Position numbers and translations under genes: made by a program. The notes under the pieces are model-generated. The model was not told the DNA's origin, searched no databases, and saw only the letters and a list, made by a program, of their open reading frames with translations. DNA of 63,804 nt, the filler included, from Octopus bimaculoides (Eukaryota), in NCBI RefSeq assembly GCF_001194135.2. It is 4 parts of 4 records of this genome, joined end to end, with 100 filler letters (N's around TTAATTAATTAA, not from the genome) between each part and the next. Parts side by side here need not be neighbours in the genome. Positions count along the whole stretch, not along the records: positions 1 to 18,417 come from NC_069003.1; positions 18,518 to 38,148 come from NC_068989.1; 2 more parts are not named here. The stretch is one strand, 5' to 3'. How positions within the stretch are numbered: position 1 is the first letter of the stretch; each line of letters opens with the position of its first letter. Positions 12,941 to 23,747 of this stretch are shown in pieces.

Positions 12941-13120
12941 CGAGGGAGTGCTGAAAATTTCCTAGATTTGGGTAAAAGGAAATACAGGAGGATCAGTTAA
13001 TTATGATTTTATTCAACATATTTCCCTTTTAGATTCAGACACTTATTGTAGTGGTGCTTCAGCATTTCTAAGCCCTTTGGGGATACCCTTCAAGGTTGGA
13101 ACTTTTCAGCACCCCTTTGA
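12941..13120. mobile_element. mariner-type MITE
   Basis: TA/CGAGGGAGTGCTGAAAATTTCC at left, GGAACTTTTCAGCACCCCTTTGA at right (imperfect inverted repeat). Confidence 0.7.
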
Positions 13121-13142
13121 ATACAATGTCATATGAAAGGCT

Positions 13143-13445
13143 CGCGGATCCAGTGGAGTGGTTAGGACGTTGCATTCAGGATCGAGAGATTCTGGTTTCG
13201 ATTTTCAGACTGGGAAGTGCGTTGAGCAAAAGTAAAACAAAAAAATGCCCACTTCATGTTGTTCCTTAATAACTTCGATATCAAGCGTGCGGCACTCTGT
13301 GTACCTGTAGAGCCAATGACGATTTGATGGCGAGAGTCAGTTACTCAGATAATGTGCAGCACAAACATTTGATCACTATAAACAAATCATCTGTATAGGT
13401 TATTCAGCAAGAAACTGCCGAAGCGTCATAAATCGTCTGCCATAG
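13143..13445 (+). mobile_element. decayed tRNA-derived SINE (family D)
   Basis: GTGGAGTGGTTAGG A-box-like and GGTTTCGATTTTC B-box-like motifs at tRNA spacing. Confidence 0.55.
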
Positions 13446-13459
13446 CAAAATACACGATT

Positions 13460-13745
13460 ATAATGTGATGCAGTCGCAATGATATTCTAGCATAGATCTT
13501 TCCCCAGCCATTTGTATCGTAGTAGCCAATTGATATCCTTGCCTGTCCGTAGTATCCCACGCTTCGCTTGCATATAAAATCGAAATAAGTTGATTGCAGA
13601 AGGAAACGGATTGAACGACGTGAACGCAGAATATCGAAAGTTCCGCCGAGTCAGACACGTAGCAAGGTTCCGAGAGAACAGGAGAAGAACAGACCAGAAA
13701 ACACTCCCCCGGAAGGTCTCGACGACGATGATAAGACCAAACAGC
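13460..13745 (-). mobile_element. RTE-clade LINE remnant (post-RT region)
   Basis: ILYASEAWDTTDRQGYQLATTIQMAGERSML resembles the RTE motif LYASETW...QRAMERSML. Confidence 0.5.
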
Positions 13746-13747
13746 AT

Positions 13748-13776
13748 TGGTAGACGGAAACTGAAAGATGCCCACC

Positions 13777-13824
<48 letters not shown>

Positions 13825-14125
13825 GTGTGTGTATATAAATATATATGTGTGCGTGTGTGTGTATTTGTGTGTCTACGTTTGTCCCCCTCCCACCATCTCT
13901 TTACAACCGAATGTCGTATTACATCATATTATTATATAATATCATTATATTGTCATATTTTTACATATTGCATTACATTATGTTACTTTAGGCAGCGATC
14001 TGGCAGAATCGTTATTATGCCGGACAAGATGTTTGCAGCATTTCGTCCGGTTTTACGTTCGGAGTTCAAATGCTGTTGAAATTGATATTGATTTTCATCC
14101 TTTCGGGGTGGATAAAATCAAGTAG
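13748..14125 (+). mobile_element. family B SINE central fragment followed by family A SINE (13989-14125)
   Basis: TTGGTAGACGGAAACTGAAAGATGCCC core; GGCAGCGATCTGGCAGAATCGTT head. Confidence 0.75.
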
Positions 14126-14246
14126 TTTCCGCATGGGGGATCGAAGAACTGCATGAACAGAAAAGAGGTTTTGCAGAGCTCGGATTGAGTTATCGTGAAC
14201 AGAAATGCATTAGACTGCAGTCTGACAGTACCATGTACAGACTTAC

Positions 14247-14274
14247 CGCGGACAGATTCATCATGTAGAATCCT
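14247..14274 (-). CDS. candidate 28-nt microexon RILHDESVR(x)
   Basis: Minus-strand acceptor ttatttattggcag and consensus donor GCG/gtaagt; acceptor tract abuts a SINE tail. Confidence 0.15.
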
Positions 14275-14287
14275 CTGCCAATAAATA

Positions 14288-14540
14288 ATGGTACTCCGTC
14301 GGTTACGACAGTAAGTGTTCCAGTTGATTCGACCAACGGAAGAGCTTGCTCATAAAATTAACGTGCATATGGCTGAGCACTCCACAGACGCATATACCTT
14401 ATCGTTGTTCTCAGGGAGTTCTTATGAGAAGACTGGATCAACGTGAAATAAAGCTCAAGGACACAACGCATCGCCTGGAATCGAACTCACCAGCATACGA
14501 TAGTGAGCGGGATACCCTAACCATTAAGCTATGCACCTCT
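14288..14540 (-). mobile_element. tRNA-derived SINE (family C)
   Basis: Minus strand: GCTTAATGGTTAGGG A-box, GAGTTCGATTCC B-box, TGTGTCCTTGAGC, 3' end GTAACCGACGGAGTACC. Confidence 0.8.
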
Positions 14541-14884
14541 CTCCAGATTTTAAAATGTGTTATCTACTGCAGTAGGAGTTCGGAATGAATTTACAAATGT
14601 TAGTGTATTACATTAATTATAGAATGTAAGCTACCAAAGTTTAGTAGGGGGTGTAGAATTCTCTACAGGTGAGCGTTTATTAGGACTCAGTTTTCCTTCT
14701 TGTAGAACTGATAATTTAAACCTGGCACTGAATTTGTCAGATGTAGAATTAAAATATCTATTCTTATTACGTTCCGGCTGACTCGAACTTGAACATGCTA
14801 ATCGCTGTTGTGTCTCGTCAAAGAAAAACTTTTTGACGACTAATACGTCTTCATAACACACTAAATTCATTAGTACAAGGTAGT

Positions 14885-14930
14885 CCAAGATAGAAGTGTT
14901 TTCATATTTTGTGTCCCGTTAGTTATAGGC
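14885..14930 (-). ncRNA. hammerhead ribozyme remnant 1 (core mutated)
   Basis: CTAACGG-GACACAAAATATG-AAAAC-ACTTCTATC aligns with copy 2. Confidence 0.5.
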
Positions 14931-15194
14931 GCCTCTAGGTGAATCTAATCAGGGCTGATAGCTTTGTTTATAATTTCAGTGAACGAAACTTTTCGATGAT
15001 TCGTGCTAATGCCTGCCAACCGATAATAACTTGTCATATATACCATGAACAGTGAAATTAGAAATGATTCTTAATAAGTTCCGGCAGATTCGAACTCAAA
15101 AATGTGAATCGCTGTTTTGTTTCGTCGCAAGAGAACAGCATCTCCTTTTTGACGAATAAGTGTTCATAACACACCCAGTTCAATAGTACAAGGT

Positions 15195-15242
15195 TTTCTG
15201 GGATACTGGTGTTTCGACATTTTGTGTCTCGTCAGCTAGAAA
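15195..15242 (-). ncRNA. minimal type I hammerhead ribozyme, copy 2 (intact core)
   Basis: TTTCTAG-CTGACGA-GACA-CAAAA-TGTC-GAAA-CACCAGTA-TC/CCAGAAA: CUGAnGA and GAAA core, 4-bp helix II, 6/7-bp helix I, near-palindromic helix III, AUC cleavage triplet. Confidence 0.72.
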
Positions 15243-15343
15243 TTCTCTCCGGACCGACGTGTCTAACAAGAGCCGATGACTTTGCCAATATCAGCAAGTA
15301 AACTGAGCTCTAACTGGGCTGATAACAACCAACCCATAATAAC

Positions 15344-15390
15344 TCGTTGAGACGGTGTTTCGATATGTTGTGTTTCGTCAGCCATCAACA
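15344..15390 (-). ncRNA. hammerhead ribozyme copy 3 (core intact, helix II damaged)
   Basis: TTGATGG-CTGACGA-AACACAACATATC-GAAAC-ACC-GTC/TCAACGA, GUC triplet. Confidence 0.6.
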
Positions 15391-15743
15391 CTCCTGAACT
15401 AAAGAATCTAATGAGAGCAAACAAACTATCATCTGCCAACCGTAATAAAGCCTCTCTTGGAAATATTTGTTTTGATGTATTTGACTAATATTTACTGCAT
15501 CGACGGCCAGCATTTATTATGAATTGGTGAATCAATTGCAGGAACAATTATATACTTAATATAAGCAACCATTCGAGACAATTTACCAATAATGACATTA
15601 ATCGTTGACTGTAATATTGAAATATTACGTCCATATGCAAACAGAAGCTCTAGAATCGTAGAATTTATTAAGATCCGTCTACGGTTGTAGTTTGACGTAA
15701 AAAATTCGCTATTAAATTGTATAAAATTGGGAAATTTTTTATA

Positions 15744-16542
15744 CGAGGTGGTATCAAAATCTTCCGGGACTAGTTCTGTAAAGCGCAAACTGATGGTAGC
15801 ACATGGTTGCGTGTACAGTGAGAGCTAGCAATGATTTTCATGAGGCAGTGTGCCGTGTGACATCGCTGTTTACTTTGCAAGTTGGGAAAATTATGTCTTT
15901 GTGATCAGGCGTATGCTGTAGTCTGCAACTTTTGTTATGGGCAGGAAGTTGGAACAAAGAGCAAACATGAAATCTTGCATTAAACTTGGGAAGTCTTCTA
16001 CAGAGATATTGAACATACTTCGGCAAGGTTACAACGACGAGACAATATCTCGTACGCAATGTTTCAAGTTGCATGGGCCCTTCAAAAGCGGAAGAACATC
16101 CCTGGAAGAGGATGAGTCATCTGTACGACGAGCCACGAGCGTCATCCCCGGAAATGTTGAGAAAATCCATCGGCTTGTGCATGAAGATTGTCGGAGGACA
16201 ATCAACGGTATTGGTGATGTTGTTGGTCTGTCATGTGGGCCCATGCAGGCAATCCTAACGTCTGGATTCGTCACGATGACAATGCGACCTGTCACTGATC
16301 TCTCCTCACTCACGAGTTTCTTGCCAAGAATATGGTATCGCTTCCGAACCCGCCCTATTCGCCAGATTTAGCCTTGCAAGACTTCCATCTCCTCCCCAAG
16401 ATGAAAGTGCAACTCAAAGGTGACCATTTTAACACAGTTATCCATATGAAGAGCAAATCACAGAAGGTCCTCGACTCGCTTGCGGAAAACAAATTCCAGG
16501 CCGGATTCCAAAAGTGGAAGGAACGGTGGGACCGGTGTATTC
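15744..16542 (+). mobile_element. mariner (DD34D-type) transposon, internally deleted, right end missing
   Basis: TA/CGAGGTGGTATCAAAATCTTCCGG terminus; EQRANMKSCIKLGKSSTE HTH region, HDDNATCH, PPYSPDLALQDF, QKWKERWDRCI. Confidence 0.93.
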
Positions 16543-17516
16543 CTCTCCGATACAAATTCGCCCTTTTAGGGACGAATTTCTATCCTCTATTGTGTATATG
16601 AATTTTGCTACCCATTTGTTTATTCTTCCAAACATTGAAAACTATGAAGAAATGTTTCCTCCACTTCCGCAATGTGAAGAAGATAAGGAAAGAAATAAAA
16701 ACATATCGGCAAATGAAAGGACCACTCAGTAAATTTTTAAATTCCATTTTGCAGTTCGAAGGACAAATACTCGGACAAAAATCTAAAGTAGGGGCTAAAA
16801 TGAGTAAAGCATCCCAAGTTTATTTAACCAAAGAGATCANNNNNNNNNNNNNNNNNNNNNNNNNNNNNNNNNNNNNNNNNNNNNNNNNNNNNNNNNNNNN
16901 NNNNNNNNNNNNNNNNNNNNNNNNNNNNNNNNNNNNNNNNNNNNNNNNNNNNNNNNNNNNNNNNNNNNNNNNNNNNNNNNNNNNNNNNNNNNNNNNNNNN
17001 NNNNNNNNNNNNNNNNNNNNNNNNNNNNNNNNNNNNNNNNNNNNNNNNNNNNNNNNNNNNNNNNNNNNNNNNNNNNNNNNNNNNNNNNNNNNNNNNNNNN
17101 NNNNNNNNNNNNNNNNNNNNNNNNNNNNNNNNNNNNNNNNNNNNNNNNNNNNNNNNNNNNNNNNNNNNNNNNNNNNNNNNNNNNNNNNNNNNNNNNNNNN
17201 NNNNNNNNNNNNNNNNNNNNNNNNNNNNNNNNNNNNNNNNNNNNNNNNNNNNNNNNNNNNNNNNNNNNNNNNNNNNNNNNNNNNNNNNNNNNNNNNNNNN
17301 NNNNNNNNNNNNNNNNNNNNNNNNNNNNNNNNNNNNNNNNNNNNNNNNNNNNNNNNNNNNNNNNNNNNNNNNNNNNNNNNNNNNNNNNNNNNNNNNNNNN
17401 NNNNNNNNNNNNNNNNNNNNNNNNNNNNNNNNNNNNNNNNNNNNNNNNNNNNNNNNNNNNNNNNNNNNNNNNNNNNNNNNNNNNNNNNNNNNNNNNNNNN
17501 NNNNNNNNNNNNNNNN

Positions 17517-17606
17517 TATATCAAATTTAAAATTTAAAAGAGAGTTTTGACGCTGATATCTGGATATCAGCGTCAAAACTCTCTTTTAAATTTTAAATTT
17601 GATATA
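17517..17606. repeat. perfect palindrome, 44 bp arms with 2 nt spacer
   Basis: TATATCAAATTTAAAATTTAAAAGAGAGTTTTGACGCTGATATC-TG-exact reverse complement; abuts an N gap. Confidence 0.9.
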
Positions 17607-18379
17607 CAACCATGGAGACCGATCCTTAAGGAGCCTACTTTAACCTTTGGAGGGAAATCCCTTGCTATATTGATAGCGATTACATGCTTTTCTCATCAAC
17701 AGATTGTGGAGATATCATCATATGAACACACATATATATATATATAACATGATACTAATATCACCATAAACTTTATTATACAAACTTTCTGTGACTTTTA
17801 CATTTCTTTTCATATATATATATATATATATAAATGCTGTGTGAGTGTACAGTGAACTCAAAAATGACTTTCAAAAACAAATAAATAGAAACCATCTAGA
17901 ATTTCAATTAAAAGTTGACCACATCCATACAACCATTCTTTAATGAATACAAAAAATTAAGGAAACAAGACATGGAAATACAATTACAATTTTTAATGAA
18001 GGAAGTCAAAAACAACATCTGTTTTTTCAATTAAAAACCGTGACCAATTCAGATACAAAACTTTTTGCCCCCACCATTAATGGTCACTAAGTATTAAACA
18101 AACATGTCTGACCATACCAATACACGCCTGTTTACCTGCCCCTCGTTCTCGAAGTTTTATCTTCTTTCTTCTACATTGATTGGCAAATTCCACAATTTTT
18201 TATACATAAAAAGGACAATAAATTTAACTTCAAACCACTTTTTGATAAATCCAATGACAGAAGAAAGCGCTAAAATTTTCAATAAAATGTAAATAAAAAA
18301 TATATAATCAGCCAACATTCTGACTACCATATTATTCTAAATACACACACATATACATATAGATATAGATAGATATGCA

Positions 18380-18417
<38 letters not shown>

Positions 18418-18544
18418 NNNNNNNNNNNNNNNNNNNNNNNNNNNNNNNNNNNNNNNNNNNNTTAATTAATTAANNNNNNNNNNNNNNNNNNNNNNNNNNN
18501 NNNNNNNNNNNNNNNNNAAACACTTATAATACAGTCCTCTGCAG

Positions 18545-18830
18545 AACTTAGGAGAGATACAAAATGGAGCACCATTCCCATATCTGGGATGGTGCTGCTG
18601 CTCCGTACACAAGCAAACTTCAGAGAAAAGCCACTCAATTAACTGTCACGCAAAACACTCTGACTAATCCACAGAGAGAGAGAGAGAGTGGGGAGGAGCT
18701 CATACTATCTTCTCTCTATTTTTTATGCCACTATTTCAACGGATGCTGTACGTCAGAATTGGCTAGTCTCTTTCCAACTCCACTAACGCCTTTGCGACTT
18801 ATTCACCATGTTACCCTTCTTCTTTTTGTG
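18545..18830 (+). mobile_element. CR1/L2-group LINE 3' ORF remnant
   Basis: MEHHSHIWDGAA...LQRKATQL...SLYFLCHYFNGCCTSELASLFP; same family as 52890-53400. Confidence 0.7.
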
Positions 18831-19086
18831 GGGGCCGTGGATGTGCGCAGAAATCTGCATTCTGTACAAATATTTGTTTTTCTTTGCAAAGCATGTGCGA
18901 ATCCATGCGAGTAACCCTGGCTCGAATTTCTTGCATTAAAACAATTCAATTTAATTTTGAAAACCTTCTATGCGTACGTGTTATTCCTTTCTTAAATGTG
19001 AAATATGAGTGAGAGCGCACTAACACACAACTTAGCCCTGTTCTGCTCGATTCTCCAATTTCTTAGAGCCCCCGCACCCCTGCAGT

Positions 19087-19158
<72 letters not shown>

Positions 19159-19169
19159 AGAAAATGGTA

Positions 19170-19660
19170 CTAACATCGACCAGAAATCGTAATAATAGAG
19201 AACGTCTGATACAAGATTTTATGGGATTTTAATGTATAGACTGATCGCGAAATTCATGCCAGGTGACCAGATGTGTTTCTAGACAAGGGAAAAACAGAGT
19301 GCATCATCATAGATGTAGCAATACCTTCGGACATGGATGTAAAGGTCAAAGAAAAGGATAAAATAAATAGGAAACACCAGGATTTGGTTTGGGAAATACG
19401 ATGAATGTTGAGGGTTTTAACAAAAGTGATCCCAGTTGCTACAGGTGCCTTAGGTACTGTCAGCAACAACAGACTTAACAGTTTCCTTATTGAGATTGGA
19501 GTAACTACGAGAGTTGCATTAATTCAAAAATTTGCTCTATTGGGAACAGCAAGGATTGTAAGAAAGGTCTTTTATATCTAAGAAACGAGTGGCTACCCGG
19601 TGTCAAAGATGTTGATTCCGAATGTAAAACACTCGTGCACACCATGAACGATAATAATAA
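19170..19660 (+). mobile_element. R4/Dong-like non-LTR retrotransposon 3' end (restriction-like endonuclease)
   Basis: ILWDF...AR*PD...IIDVAIP...KEKDKI...IPVATGALG...ALLGTARIVRK; follows (AGT)n, ends in (TAA)n. Confidence 0.85.
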
Positions 19661-19664
19661 TTAT

Positions 19665-20365
19665 TATAACGAAGTCACCGAAACAGTAAGAAATTTCAAG
19701 AAGAAATTTCAAGAAGTACGATAAGACAAATATCTGGAAAGAAATAGAATGACAGTCAATTCATGTAAGCAGCTGATGCTGGAAGGGAAAAACACGGGTT
19801 GTGGCTGAAATATGAAAGCTTGAAATTGAGATAGAAGAGAAACTGAATCGCTAATTATAGCCATTTGTGGCCAAATCATCTGAACAAATTTGATAAACAC
19901 AAGGATTGATAAAACTCAGCCAGACTGCAAATTCAGACAAAATACGTAGCAAAGGAGACAAAGTTGTTAAACTTAACAGTGAGTGTAGTATGCTAGCATA
20001 AAAAGAGTATAAAAGCAAGTATGAGTATGTTGGTAAAAGAGTGTAGTGGGCTGTTAACTGCATTTGTTAGTTTAAAGTGATGGAAAAGTGGTATGAACGT
20101 GATCCAATGGATATAATGGTGAAGGATGATTACAGGATTTTATAGGATTTCTCCATAGAGACTAATCATATTATTGAAGCTAATAGACCAGATATAATTG
20201 TAGATTGAGAAAAAACAATGTCAGGTCATTGACTTAGCAATCTCGTATGACCGACATATCAAGGGAAACGAGAAAACTGAGATAAATCATGGCCAAACCA
20301 TAGGGATGAAGAGATTTTAGAATAAAAGGGTGAAAATTCTGGTAATTGGTACATTCAGCATCAAT
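19665..20365 (+). mobile_element. second R4/Dong-like fragment (degenerate zinc knuckle plus endonuclease)
   Basis: ETESLIIA...ECSMLA*KEYK...KWYE...DFSIETNHIIEANRPDII...VIDLAIS. Confidence 0.8.
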
Positions 20366-20584
20366 TACCAAAATGTGCATGTGTATATGCATGTAACTAT
20401 GCATATATGTGTCGGTATATGTGTAAATGTTTGTATGTATATATCACGCGGACATTTTTGGGCATCTGCTGATGATGTAGCTGATATCTTCTATACTTGC
20501 ATGGCACACAGGACATTTTCTACTACAGCACGGAGATTAAGACGCATTCTTATCTCTTTTCTTAAACTGTTATTTAGTTACTAC

Positions 20585-21520
20585 TTCCTGTTCCTGAATA
20601 GCGAATACGTATCGTTCTTGATGAGATGTGATGTGTCTATCACAGGTCTTTCTGTCAATGCAGTTGATATTCTCTAGTTTATGTTTCTACTGATATGATG
20701 AGTTTCTGTTTAAGTAGGTTAGTCCAGTTACTCTTGGATCACAAGTAACAGCTGTACACTCAGCAATCCTATCTTGGAGTTATTCATCTACTCCATGTAT
20801 ATTTTTCCTCTGATGAATAAACACGTGATGCACCCATTTCTCTCTTTACTATTCAGTAAGTGGTGACTAAGTGACACGATGCGTCACTGAAAGGTCGTTT
20901 TCACTGATTTTATGCATATGCTCTCAACCCTATGTTTAACAAGGACTTGTCAATGTCACTTGATGTAGACAGATCCTTAAATGTCGTACCTTTCCAGTCT
21001 TATTATCCAAGTTGCGGATTTTTTCAAGTGTCCAGTCTAATAACCGCAATGTTGGTAATATTACTAGTACAGCGAAAGTGTTACGGGGTACAGTCTTATG
21101 GAATGCGCACAACTGTAACTTCTATGCCTTCTAAAGTCTGCTAAAGTGTCCTTTTGTCATTTACCATTACGTACAGCACCAGCATATCTGATAGTTTTAC
21201 CATTTCTGAGATACTCGGAGCATACACCATGAGAGATAGCTGAGATGGACTTAGTTGTGGATATTCATATTCCGCTTTGGGTCAATCTTCCTTCGATTGA
21301 CTACCAAATATGAACACTTAATTCTGAATAAACTCTGTTCCGTGAAAATATTTTCAACAGCATTACGAACAAACTGGAGTTTTTCTGTCGATAATCTAAT
21401 TCTGTTTGTGATTATAGTAGTAGCTTCAGTTCAGCTGCGTGGGCCATGTTGTTGTTTGTGTTTTAATGGCATTATCGATAGCAGATGGAAGCTTAGTATA
21501 TCGTTGGTAACTTACTATAC
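20585..21520 (-). mobile_element. R4/Dong-like ORF fragments, opposite strand, heavily deleted
   Basis: LDWTLEKIRNLDNKTGK and YVFAIQEQ resemble R4-clade motifs. Confidence 0.6.
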
Positions 21521-21888
21521 ACTATTAAGTCAAACGTCTTCTTATAGTCTAGCCATAGTCTAGTCAGTAGACTATACATACACAATTAGAGAAGATTAAC
21601 TTGGCATGTTTCACGGTTTGTTGACCAATCAAGATGAATTTACATATATTTAATGGACCATAGCGAAAGACTTGTAAACTATAGTTTGACTGGTTTTTTT
21701 GTTTTTTTTTTTTAGACACGCTGTGTTCTGTATAAATACTTATTAATTATTTAATCGTGGTGCCAGCAAACGCACGGTATGCAAATTAGTCTATGAATTA
21801 CAGCTAAGCTCTTGAGTGTGTTGGATTTAAATAGCGATTCGCTAAGAGTTCACTTCATGGGCCAAAGGAACGAGTGGGTACTTCTCGT

Positions 21889-21921
21889 CTGATGAGTAAT
21901 CAACGAGCCATGAAACATGCC
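21889..21921 (+). ncRNA. degenerate hammerhead-like motif
   Basis: CTGATGA-G...T-GAAAC-ATG-CC; core intact, helices I and II poor. Confidence 0.35.
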
Positions 21922-22221
21922 ATCATCATCATCACCACCGTAATCTCCCTATCTTCTCCCCCTTTCACCCAATTAAGTGATGTCCCCCACAATTTTCCCC
22001 ACATTCTCTTACATATTCCTCACAAATCCCTAAAACAAGGTGAGTTAATCATTTTAATTATTTCTAATTAGACATTTGATACACACTAAATATATCAAGG
22101 GTAGATTGGCAATCAATTTATTCTTTGGTTATCTTGTTACCAAGCTGTCGTTCTCTCTATGTATCCATACATTCATACCTGTTTAACATTACATGCATAC
22201 ATAACGGGCATACATTCATAC

Positions 22222-22261
<40 letters not shown>

Positions 22262-22557
22262 TAATATTTACACCCTAGTTTTCTTTGAATGCAGTCCTTC
22301 TCGAATGTACCCAGGAGACCATAAATTATATATATATATATATATGTATATATGAGTGTGTGTATGCGCGTATATATATGAGCGTGTATGTATATATATA
22401 TATATATATATAAAGGCGTATGTATAGATGTGTTTAACTATATCATGTACTTGTGGACAAATGTAAGTTTTTTTTAAATGTATTTTATATCATTCCAATA
22501 TACGCATTAATAGATTACGACGCTATGTTGATACTTCTGTTATTATATATTCACACG

Positions 22558-22960
22558 TGCGTGGAGATGGCAGACTCGTTAGAGCGACAGAAAAAAAAAT
22601 TGCCTTGCGGCATTTCTTCCTGCACTGTACATCCGGGGTTCAAATCCCGCTGAGGCCATCTTTGTCTTTCATCCCTCCAGGCTTGATGAGCTGAAGTATC
22701 AGGTAAGAAATGGGGTCGATATAATCGACTAAACGCCTGCTCTCATAATTACAGGCCCTGTGCCGAAATTAGAAACGTTATTACATAAACATATATATAC
22801 ATAGGCGCAGGAGTGGCTGTGTGGTAAGAAGCTTGCTTCCTAACCACATGGTTCCGGGTTCAGTGCCGCTGCGCGGCATCTTGGTGTCCTACTATAGCCT
22901 CGGGCCAGCCAAAGCCTTGTGTGTTGATTTGGTAGACGGAAACTGAAAGAAGACCTGTCG

Positions 22961-22962
<2 letters not shown>
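22558..22962 (+). mobile_element. family A SINE (22558-22785) followed by family B SINE 5' half (22800-22962)
   Basis: Both heads and cores recognisable by comparison with other copies. Confidence 0.85.
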
Positions 22963-22999
<37 letters not shown>

Positions 23000-23623
23000 A
23001 TGTGTGTGTGTATGTGTGTGTGTATGTGTGTGTGTANNNNNNNNNNNNNNNNNNNNNNNNNNNNNNNNNNNNNNNNNNNNNNNNNNNNNNNNNNNNNNNN
23101 NNNNNNNNNNNNNNNNNNNNNNNNNNNNNNNNNNNNNNNNNNNNNNNNNNNNNNNNNNNNNNNNNNNNNNNNNNNNNNNNNNNNNNNNNNNNNNNNNNNN
23201 NNNNNNNNNNNNNNNNNNNNNNNNNNNNNNNNNNNNNNNNNNNNNNNNNNNNNNNNNNNNNNNNNNNNNNNNNNNNNNNNNNNNNNNNNNNNNNNNNNNN
23301 NNNNNNNNNNNNNNNNNNNNNNNNNNNNNNNNNNNNNNNNNNNNNNNNNNNNNNNNNNNNNNNNNNNNNNNNNNNNNNNNNNNNNNNNNNNNNNNNNNNN
23401 NNNNNNNNNNNNNNNNNNNNNNNNNNNNNNNNNNNNNNNNNNNNNNNNNNNNNNNNNNNNNNNNNNNNNNNNNNNNNNNNNNNNNNNNNNNNNNNNNNNN
23501 NNNNNNNNNNNNNATATATTGGAAAAAATAAGGTACTCAGAGATCTGGATGGTTGTACATTTACAGATTTTTATTAATATGTCACATGTTTTTATAAATC
23601 ATATATATACATATATCGTTCAC

Positions 23624-23747
23624 CATAGGTCTCCAAAAAGCCAGTCACTGATTCACTACATGTCCTATGGCGAGAGTGACAAAAGTCTTCGTGTACTCTG
23701 GCAGTGTCTCGCCTGTCGAAGTGGTACATACGACAGTTTCTGGTAAT
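23624..23747. CDS. candidate exon island, strand ambiguous
   Basis: Minus: cag/ITRNCRMYHFDRRDTARVHEDFCHSRHRTCSESVTGFLETY(G)/gtgaac (124 nt). Plus: catag/SPKSQSLIHYMSYGESDKSLRVLWQCLACRSGTYDSF/gtaatc (23629-23742, 114 nt). Confidence 0.25.

Larger units (their letters stand above)
14760..15450 (-). repeat. diverged tandem repeat (cores 146 and 313 bp apart), one hammerhead motif per unit
   Basis: Shared blocks CCAACC(G/C)ATAATAA at 15013, 15329, 15433; CATAACACAC..AGTACAAGG at 14852 and 15166; GTTCCGGC..TCGAACT at 14771 and 15078. Confidence 0.8.

Noticed and set aside
14623-14668. Candidate plus exon NVSYQSLVGGVEFST with CAG/GTGAGC donor
   Set aside because: Short, weak acceptor, nearest downstream acceptor gives a 37-nt intron and a stop; chance level
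16545-16839. Possible hAT/ZMYM-like transposase start (KGPLSKFL)
   Set aside because: Only a vague motif resemblance, no TIR, runs into a gap
18418-18517. TTAATTAATTAA centred in N runs, recurring at about 38193 and 56962
   Set aside because: 44 N + 12 nt + 44 N = 100; an all-frame-stop gap marker added during assembly, not biology
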